This document shows, one piece after another, positions 53,985 to 64,000 of a stretch of 64,000 nucleotides of DNA; within the stretch, counting starts at the first letter, position 1; each line of letters begins with the position of its first letter. Made by a program: the position numbers and the translations under genes. This stretch comes from Chrysomallon squamiferum. Lineage: Eukaryota > Animalia > Mollusca. Location of the stretch: positions 18,786,001-18,850,000 of the forward strand of contig CM022670.1 in the NCBI GenBank assembly GCA_012295275.1, given 5' to 3'. Below the pieces are notes generated by a model. That model was not told where the DNA came from, searched no databases, and saw only the letters and a list, made by a program, of their open reading frames with translations.

Positions 53985-56222
53985 AAGTAATTGATAACCC
54001 GATGAAGGTATGACTATATCAGTATCACTCATTCTTTTACGTAATCGTGTACAGAGTACATGTTTATTTATATTACTAATGATTCTAGTAATAGCTTTAA
54101 AAAAGAAACAACCTATTACAGCTAATGCAGGGTACTTTTCACAGAATTAATACAATTATTGAATTAATAAATTGTTAATAGTTATCTTTTTGTTGATTAA
54201 CAGGTGTGTCACGTCATATAGCATGACAAATATGTTATTATTATTTGTTATTTTTTCATATTGGTTTAAAATTCATTTCTTCTTTGTTACATATATTTTA
54301 TTATTTTATTTAAATAAATATGAAAAATCTTATCCTTTTTTAAAAATATATTTGTCATTTGGTTTGAAAATACGATATAATGCAAGTGAATATATAGGCC
54401 TAATAGATAAAAAAAAAAAAAAAAAAAAAACCCCTTGAATGTGTATTTATGTTTGTTTATGTGCATTAATTAATGTTAATTAATCAAAATATTATATATA
54501 AAATAATGTCTAGCATCTTATTCAAATATTGTTTACATTATTTTCAGATTATTGGTAACCAGCTAGTAATTAAAAAAAATAAAAAATAAATTAAAAATTA
54601 AAAATAATGTTATCAGTATATTATCATTTGATATTTCTGAAACAAGACATACTACTTAAAACATGAAAGGAGTTATTTCCTAAATTCATGGAAACCTGGA
54701 AGTGTCAAGAAACTTGATATCTGCATATGTACCAAACAAAGATGAGTTTATTGGTGAGTATATTATTAAATAATCAGTTAACTGCTTTTCTGATAGGAGA
54801 AAACAAAATCTGATATATTATTTTTAATTTAAAACAAAATTTCACAGAGAGAGAGAGACATATTTTGAAAATCATTATTTGCAGTAACCTTGTTTACCAA
54901 AATCAGTTTTCTTTTGGTGTGCAGAAGTGAGTTGTTATTATTGATGTTGTTTGTGTTGTATTATTTTTCATTAGTTAAATACTTCTAAACTATAAAATAG
55001 TGTAATATGAAGTTTTTACTTTTCAAATTTGTTATCTTTTAAGTTTTCTATGAAGTTTGTATTAGTCAGTTCAATGTTATGTATCAAAATATCTGGTTAA
55101 TTAAAAAAAAAAAAAAAAATGTATGTATCAAAACAGAAATTAGTTTTATATAGACTATTCATAGAGTAAGTATGTATCCTATGGTGAGACATTTTAAATT
55201 CCTTATATTGCATAATATATATATATATATATCTAATCAGTTCTAGAATATTTTTACTTTTTACATTTCTGTAAACACAACATATTTATAAATCCTGAGA
55301 AATGCTATCCTCCATGTATCCATGAATTTTTTTTGTGAGTTTCATACTTAATTATTAACAAAGATTGGTACTAAGATGTAAAGAAAATACAGTTAGTCAG
55401 AAGAGTAAATGAGTATAATTATGTCCTATTTGAATCTGGTATATCTGTACAACAAAAATAAAAACAACCTTACTATTATTCGTGTCTGTTGTTTGAATGG
55501 GCATTATTTCCAAATATTCTAGTATTGTACTGTTATTTTCTTCTGTTCCTGTTTACAAGTGTTGAAAAAAACCACACCAAAAAAACCACCTATATATATA
55601 TATGTATATATTTATATATGGAAAACACACCATCCAAGGAAACTGAAAGAGGGCATTTTTTTTTAAAGTTATGATGTATTGTTGTTATTTTCAATGGAAC
55701 AAGTATGCATAAGTTTCTGTGCCTATTTAGATGTTCCTTTTTTCTTTCTTTTTTTCTTTTAATAAAAGTTATAACTGTCATGTCAATTTAATATTGTTCT
55801 CACTGATTTCTGAAGTAAAATATGTCCCATTCATTTATAATGTTCCTGTTTCCTTTTTCTTCAGGAAATAAATTCTCAAAGAAATTTTTGTATTGATAAC
55901 TAGTTCTTAGTAATATCTATTTATAAATGATAAATAAAATAAATGTATACATCAGTTTGATGACATCTATCTGGTCTGTATAATTGACAAGTATGGTTTT
56001 TAACTAGTTAAACTGGTGTTAAAAATTAGATATTAATTCATTATTATTAAATATAATTTATCTATTAATATTATTTTATTTGCAATTGTTTATTTTTTAT
56101 TTCCTTATAAAGCAGTTGGATAAAAATTAATTAAACATTTTTTTTTATTTTTTATTTTATTTTATTGTTATTCTTTCATTCATTAATTATTTTTCAGTCT
56201 TGTTTCTTCCCACAGGAAATCT

Positions 56223-56633
56223 ATGGATTTAATTAACATTATTTTACTGTTTGGAATTTTTACAGTAATTGTTGCTAGACGACCAAGTAAGTATATTTCA
56301 TTTTGTTTTTATTCATTTTCTTTTATAAAACTGATTTTCCTTTTGTAAAATTTTAGTATAAGCAGTGTTGTTGTTGTTGTTGTTTTATTCCTTTTTTTCT
56401 TACTTTTTTTTAGTATATAATTTTATTTTATTTCATTTCATCTGCTGCTTTTTGTTTTAATTTAATTATTTTGTTAGTTATAAAATTACATTAATATGTT
56501 TAAAACAAGAATTTTAAAAATGTTAAATAAAATTAAAAATTTATGTTAAATAATGATTATAATTTTCTTTTTTGTTGTTGAATAGTTTTTTGTGTTAATT
56601 TTTGTTTAATAATTTCAGTTACATATATTATTT

Positions 56634-56673
<40 letters not shown>

Positions 56674-56892
56674 CATAAAAAAGAAAAGACCAAACTCAAA
56701 TAAAATTATCATTAGATGATAGAATAAACCAAGAAGATAAAATTTAGTGACACACACACACTCATTGTACATTATAATAAAGTTTACAGAGATTTTTTTT
56801 GAATGACATCTTATTTAGCTCTATGAATATGTTTTAAATACTGTCAGTTTTATTTATTTTTAAATTTATTAATTTTATGATTTATATATATA

Positions 56893-56926
<34 letters not shown>

Positions 56927-59900
56927 ATTATTTGTTTGTTTATTCATTGTTGTTTTTATGAATTGAACAGAAATTCTTCCTGATGATGATAAGCAATTTA
57001 AGAGAGTTGGTAAAAATGCACATCTTTGGTGTACAGTGGAAGGGCACTTCAAAAATCCAAAAAAAGTATTTAGGAGACTTACATTTTTGTGGGAAAATGA
57101 GATTATAAAAAATTCCTTCAGAAAGAATGTAACCAAAGTTAATGGTACGACTATACAGCTGGAAATAAGGAATGCCACTAAAAATGACAATGGCATTTAT
57201 ATGTGCTGCCTTCTGAAAAAACAAAGTGATAATAACTGCAAAAAAGTGTCAACTGCAGAACTTGTCTTTGGTGGTAATATTAATAGTTATTAAAAAATAT
57301 TTATAAAAAAACCCAAAACATTATACATTCAAAAATAGTGTCTGAATATGTATGTTTGTGTTTGTTTCTGCATGCATATGTATGTATAAGTGTATGTTTG
57401 TGTGAGACAGTGAGTGCATATTTCTCCACGTATATATACTTTTATTTCTGTGTGTTTTTAATGTCACGGTGTGTAAGTGTATGTTGTATGTTTGTGTTTG
57501 TGTGTGTCATGTTTTACATGATAATAAATGTTTTAATTTGTTATTTTAATAGAACACAATTTTATTTATTATGAAATTTAATTAACATTCCAGCTAAACA
57601 TTTTGTAGATGTTCAGTGTCAAACTTTTCAGTGCCTTGTGTTGCAAATGTTTTTTTGTTCATTGTAGAGCCACCTGCAGTTCCAGTACTAAGTCCTGCAA
57701 ACTGTACGAATTTCAACATGGAAAGCATGACCTGTCTCATTGACAAGGTGAAAACTGAAGAAGATTTGGGCAATGTCCCTACAAGCTGGGATGTATCGTT
57801 TAGATATTAGTAAGTAATATGTTGAATTTTATATACAAATTAAATAATTTTTAAGCAAAGTTGATTTTGGTACAGTTTTAAAATGTAGAATGTAATATTT
57901 TAATATTAAGTAAATAATGTTGTATATTTAATAATATTTGATCCATATTTATTGCTTTATTTTGTTTGAAAACTTAGTATTTGATGAGATTTAAATAAAA
58001 ATATACTGAATGTTTTGTTTGTTTATTTTTTTCTAACAAACTTATAGTAATGGTAGTCGTATAAGGTGTGATGAAACAAAACCAGAGAAGAAAATTTTGA
58101 TTTGTAATATAACAAGTTTTTGGTCAAAGACTAATCATAAATTTGAAGTTGAAGCTGCAAACCTAATAGGAAATGCCACAAAAAGGATTACAATTAACCC
58201 CTTGAATGTCAGTAAGTATTTGAAAAAGTTGTATCCAATCCCCAACTTTTTTTCATTTATGTTGTTCTGAATACATTACAGTACATTTTAGCATTTTTGT
58301 AACATTTACATTACAGGTTAAATGGATATTTGGTATATGATTTTCAGTTAATTTCAGATGTTATACAATAATATTATACACCATATAATAAATTTTGTCT
58401 GTGTTTGCCATTAGGGATGTGAAATAAATCTATAGGACTTGAGCATGCTATATTATACAATACCGTTTCGAACATTAAATTACTATTTTTTAATATTTCA
58501 GTAATTGTATTTTAGTCATTCACTGGACTTTGGCAATTAGGATTTACATAGTACAAATCTGAATATTAAATTATTATTTTTGCATATTTCAGTAGTTTTA
58601 ATTTATTTAGTCATTCATTGCACATAGGATTTATTATTATTTGGGTATATTTCAGTAGTTTTGATTTATTTAGTTATTCATTGGATATAGGATTTATTAT
58701 TTTTGTATATTTCAGTAGTTTAATCTTAATTTAGTAATTCATTGGATATAGGATTTATGGAGTACAAGTTTGAATATTAAATTATTATTTTTGTATTTTT
58801 CAAAAGTTTTATTTGCTTTATTTTCAGTACAACCTGGGGCAGTTAAACAATTTCAAGTCGATTCCAGTCATTCTGGCTTGAACCTGAGTTGGACTTCACC
58901 TCTTGACTGCACTGATAAACATTTATTATTTATTATTTCATACACATCTAAATGGGAAAAATCAAGTTCAAATGTAAGTGAATAGTGTTTGTGCTTTATT
59001 TATTTTAATTTTATTTATTTTATAATTTATATACAGTGGAACCTCGGGTTATGAAGCAGGAAATAATTTAAATGTAAACAATCCATTCCAGCCCCCAGAA
59101 TAATTTTATTTTCATTGTTTTCAGAGCTTTTTACATGAATAAATACAGAATTTTGTTAAATTAACCATATAGATAGAAAACCATTAAATTAAATACCGAG
59201 ATTACTGTGCATTTATTTTAATGCAACTTACAATGTGGTGGAGAGTCAATGTCATGGGGGAGGGGACGGTGTTGGTGAAGAGGAAGAAGTTATCGTTTGG
59301 AAAGCAAGTCTCCTTCCATAGTAACACTGGGCTCTGCTACTTCAGCGGTATGTTTTTGCTTTGCTATCTGTTAAGGAAAAAATCAAGAGAAATTTGCTTC
59401 TCTCTTTGTCGGAGAATGTTATCATTCATTAAGGTCACTGCCCTGTTTGCCACAAGTTTGTTTGGGTGATGGTGTCCAATAAGATCTTCAATATCAGCTC
59501 ACTTATTGTAAATATCTTTTATTCTAGTATTAGAAACCTCAGTCCTTTCCTCCTTATCGTCAGACAATTGCTCATCCTTTAATGCCTTGAGTTGTTCACT
59601 CTGTCTACCTTGAATATCTCTAAGCTTTTCTCTACTATACATCCTGGCCAAAGTTTTCTCCAGGCAGAGTACAAAGTGCAGGTTGAAGTGATATTTCCAG
59701 AAGTCTCTGAGGGTCAATTCAGTATCATTTGTGATCTGAAAACACCTCAGAAAAAGAGCCTTTGTGTACAGTTTCTTGAGTTTTGAGATCACTTGTTGAA
59801 GCAAAGGAGTGGAAATGAGAGGCAGGAATTTGACCTTAATAAAGTTATACTTGATGACCAGGTCCTCCTCCAAATCTGGGGGCATGTTCAGGAGTATTAT

Positions 59901-62900
59901 TTATATCAAGAGACATCTAAGAGGCATATTGTTTTTTCCTCCTCTTCACACTTCGGGCAGACACTTTAGTCAGCCATTCCATGAAGATAAGTCTCGTCAC
60001 CCATACCTTCTCATTACCTCTCCACATCACAGGGAGTTTGTTTTCCTGGGTGATAAATGTCCCCTTTGGCATTTTCTTCCAGAAGAAACCTATCTCATCA
60101 CAGTTAAAGATAAAGTTATCAAATTTCACCTTAAATGTTGGAACTTGCAGCTTCCCCATATCTAATAACTGTGAATACCCATTCTTTTTTTAAACTTCTC
60201 AAACCATCATCTACTGGCTTTAAACTCATCACTTTTAGCAAAAGCCTAGCCTTTTCACATATTCTTGCCTCACTAACACTATCTCCAGTAAGTTGCTTTT
60301 CATTGATCCAAATTAAGATAAGCTTTTCAACTTCATCTAAAAGTTTGGACCTTTGCCTTGTTCATTTATCACACTTTTGGCCACATTGGCTGATTTGATT
60401 ACCTTGTTTTACTTGAGGATGGTCCAAATCGTCAATTTCGCCATTCTGTAATCCCTAGTAATGTCAGACACACGATAGCCACTCTCATATTTCTTTCTTA
60501 ACCTCTTCTGTGATATGTTTATACTTTCTACCAGCATTATCGCTTTCATTTTTTATATTCTTGGGCACCATATTGGATAGAATATAATAAAAGAATATAG
60601 ACATAAAAGCAGCAACAATTTAAAAATTGCAAGTGCACAATCTCAATGCAAAAGCTATTGAGCTACAACTGCATATTGAAGACTAAAGGCCCTAATTTAT
60701 GATACATATTTGCTATAGGGAATGCCTATAATCCTTACTTTTACCTCAGTTTTGACGTAAGCATCTGTTGGCATCTTAACGAGATGTTGATGTCAAAACC
60801 AACATCAAAAGAAAGCTTGTTGTGGCGCATCACTGTAGTTCGTAACTCAGAACATCAGTCATAAACTGCTCAAGAACACAGTTCATAATCCAATTTATTA
60901 GTGCTTCAAGGTGTTCATAACCCAAGGTTCCATTGTATTTAAAAAATGTTATATACATACATAAATACATGTGTGTGTGTGGAGTTTGTACTGGTTTTGT
61001 TTTGGGGGGGCGATAATTTAATAAATAAACAGATTAGATATTCAGTAAAGATGCCAATACTAATTTTTTGTTTATTGACTCATTGTTATGATAAATGAAT
61101 TATTTGCATGAATGACGATAAGAAACAGATATGTTATCAAGTTATTCTATTTTTTCCCATCTTAAGTATATCCTTGTACTGACATTAGGCAAATCTGAAA
61201 TTTTGGCTTATTGCAATAATATTTAATGAATATTATTTCTCAGTATTGTGAAAATGTTCTATTACTCATTTATAAATGGTTAATAACAGGTAACTGTCTC
61301 GGTTGTTTTTGTGTTGAAACAGCACTAAAAGTCACAGGATTTTTGCTCCTATTCATTTTCATATTGCATTACAGACTGATATTTAAATGTAGTTTACCTT
61401 TTATCATAAGCATCTTTATTATGTCAACACCTATTTTATCAAAATCAGTTTATTCTTAATGGTTCATTTCCATTCCAGCCATCACTCTACTATTAAATGT
61501 GTCAAAGCTATAGTATATTTATCTGTTGGTTGTTAAAGATTAGCATTTAAAACGCCACTTTTGTGTGAATGTTCACTTCTTTTGTTTATATTTGTTATTT
61601 AAAAATTTTTTAAAAAGGACCTGATTTTTTTTTTTTTTTTTTTTTTAAATATTTATTGTCAAGTTTCATTTTAATATTTCTATTTAATCTTATCACATCC
61701 AGGTGACTGTAAATTGCACTAATGAAACTTTTTTGTCATCAATACTGCCAAGAGAGAGCTTGATTTCTGGTGTGCTGTACAAAGTGTGCATTAAGTCGAA
61801 ACCATTTGATGGGACAGGCTATTTTAGTCTATCTGTCTGCAAGTCTGTAACTACTTCTGTTGGAGGTAAGATGTTAAAGGAAACATTTTTGAGAAATTTC
61901 CAGGAATGCTTATTCTCCTTATTATTATTGTTCTTGTCCAAAAACAAAATCATTTAAAATAATTTTTTTAATTTTACTTCTTTTTTGATATTTTTGTTAT
62001 TAATATTGATTCATATATATTTTTTTATTTACTTTATTTTTCTTTCTTTCGTAAACTGCAGTAAAGAAATTGGTATTTAAAAAAAATATATAAATCTGGT
62101 GACAGATGAATGTGAATAAAAATGAAAAATAAAAAAAGATCTTTTTAAATTAAATATTAATTGCTTTAGAAAGAGGGTGATTATAAAAACCTGTATTATA
62201 TATAAATATAATATTATTAGTACATAAAATATTTACTTAAACATTTCAATCAGAAATAAATTTTAAAAAGTTGTATCGTATTTTGAAGTTCCTAAAAGTG
62301 GACCCATTGTACATCCGTGGTTCTACAGCTTAGATTGCCGACATTATCCTGTCTTAGCACTTTATTGGAAGGTAAATATATTTTGTTTACTCTTACAAAA
62401 AATGAATAGTAAAAATTATTGGAGAAATACTGATATTTGGAAAAATATGTTTGAAATTTAAAATTTACAATAATCCTAATGTAAATAATCAAGTGATCTT
62501 AAAAAACAATATTCAAAATGTGGTTTTATTGTTTTTCCTAAAGATGAGTTTTCATTTGAACTTCATTTTACTTCATTATCATATAAACTTATTAATGAGT
62601 TAATTCTGCAAGTTCTGTTTTAGAGCTTATATAGATACTATTCATGTATGGATATTCTAATGCACAATTTTCTGCCTTTCCATAAATAATTGTATAATAT
62701 TTTGTTTTTGCTGTGAATATTATTGAAAAGTAAAAACAAATTATCAGGGACATTTACATGCAAATCCAATAATGCAAACAGTTTTCTGTGGTTGAATGTT
62801 TGGCAACACTAGAATTGCTAAAACATGAATAACAAAAATTCTTTAATTTCGTAATTCCTTAATTTATTTATTTATTTATTTACTTACTTACTTACTTTAT

Positions 62901-63708
62901 CTTCTTCTTCTTATAATTATTATTATTATTATTTATTATTACTTTTTTTTAATTATTTATTTCTAGGAAATACCATTACGTCAAAGAGGAAGCAAAAACT
63001 TGAAAAATTACAATATTTTCATTGGATCTCAGGAGCAATATGTAAATGGAACAGACGTTTCTGTTATTATCAGTTACACTGAGTTATGTTCAGGTGGATA
63101 CAGAACAGCTTTCATTCAAGCAGAAACATCTGCTGGAGCTTCTGATATTACTTCTATTAAAATATTTTCTCCAAACAAAGGTATGTGATAATACTTTATT
63201 AATTTCTATATATTAATCTTTAAGAAAACTTAGCATGTACTTTGGTTTAACTTCATTACTTATTTGTATTTTCAGAATATTTTTGTTCTTTGTATCTGTT
63301 GTATATATATATATTTTTTTTTTTTTTTTTTTTAAATGGAAATCTGGGTATGATTCAGTTTAATATGATTTCTAAATTTGGTATAATTCTTCTTATTATT
63401 ATTTTTTTTTTTATTATTATTTTTTTTTTAGTTCCTGCAAAACCATACAGTGTTCAGAAAATTATGAAAAATTCAAAACTTAAAGTAACTTGGAAGACAG
63501 AAAAAAACACCCATCCACCTGATGTTATACGAGTTCACTGGTGTTATGGATATTACTGGAAGAAAACAGATTTAGTCCATTGTCAGGTTAAAAAAAAGTT
63601 TTCTTTAAAAAATGATGTAATTAAAAACTAAAATTATTTTAAATAAAAATCATATATAACTATATTTTCAGTATGGAAACACAGTTATGTTAAATATTTA
63701 ATAAAAAA

Positions 63709-63760
<52 letters not shown>

Positions 63761-64000
63761 TATTATTTTTATTATTATTTTTAATTAACTTAAAATTAAA
63801 CATATCATTTAAAAAATACTTCAAAAATATCAAGGAAATAAAATTATATCATCTTTAGAATATTGTGTACATAACTGCATTTAATATTTAATTTTTTATT
63901 TATTTCAGAACGAAATTGCTGAAATTGTTGTTTCAAACACAGATGAATTCATGATTCACAGACGTTTCTCTGGCAATCCTATCAAATGTGCAAATTGTGA
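56223..64000 (+). CDS. gp130/domeless-like receptor, copy 2 (3' partial; first ten coding exons, frame intact)
   Basis: Exons 56223-56286, 56971-57273, 57668-57809, 58048-58211, 58828-58973, 61703-61865, 62289-62371, 62967-63180, 63432-63586, 63909->64000. Phases match copy 1; length changes are in-frame only (+21 nt in the Ig exon, -6 nt in exon 8); no stops seen. Confidence 0.85.
59034..60935 (-). mobile_element. Tigger/pogo-family DNA transposon (defective) in intron 5 of receptor copy 2
   Basis: TIRs ta|CAGTGGAACCTCGGGTTATGAA and TTCATAACCCAAGGTTCCATTG|ta (2 mismatches in 22 bp), TA target duplication; absent from copy-1 intron 34729-35499. Confidence 0.92.
59499..60571 (-). pseudogene. 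Fragmented Tigger (TIGD1-like) DDE_1 transposase
   Basis: FNCDEIGFFWKKMPKGTFITQE, LPVMWRGNEKVWVTRLIFMEW and VKFLPLISTPLLQ-QVISKLKKLYTKALF..TLRDFWKYHFN in different frames, with stops and deletions; likely start ATGGTGCCCAAG at 60571. Confidence 0.88.

Larger units (their letters stand above)
44118..64000 (+). repeat. Decayed tandem segmental duplicate of the ~4.8-37.7 kb region
   Basis: Colinear blocks (approximate): 44236-45770~5868-7215; 46145-47590~7315-9510; 47785-48290~9515-9850; 48430-49700~23545-24780; 49900-50000~26505-26595; 50140-51870~26915-28520; 51895-52600~29015-29540; 53460-64000~29630-37720. Inverted pieces: 44118-44192~4840-4915 and 48299-48420~11362-11482. Confidence 0.95.

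Noticed and set aside
44118-64000. Second block as an uncollapsed allelic haplotype
   Set aside because: Loss of TOE1, multi-hit pseudogenes and copy-specific decayed transposons fit an old paralog better; read depth is needed to exclude it formally.

Overview
AT-rich, microsatellite-rich eukaryotic DNA with GT-AG introns; probably an invertebrate such as a mollusc, but that is an inference from composition and gene content. From left to right it holds: the 5' end of an unidentified minus-strand gene running off the left edge; an orphan 134-aa minus-strand exon; a complete six-coding-exon TOE1 gene (DEDD deadenylase with CCCH finger, 582 aa); two intronless Tctex1-domain dynein light chain genes; and a complete ~748-aa gp130/domeless-like type-I receptor (signal peptide, Ig, 4 FnIII, TM, cytoplasmic tail with three tandem 39-nt microexons). 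From ~44.1 kb to the end lies a decayed tandem duplicate of the ~4.8-38 kb region. In it TOE1 and one Tctex1 gene are deleted, the other Tctex1 gene and the orphan exon are pseudogenised, and only the receptor keeps an intact frame. The two receptor paralogs differ mostly by amino-acid-changing substitutions and in-frame indels, concentrated in the Ig CDR1/CDR3-equivalent loops and in parts of FnIII-3/4. This is the best candidate for an undescribed diversifying receptor system. Tigger/pogo and MITE insertions specific to one copy are present. All exon models were built by hand from splice signals and phase continuity, with no database search.
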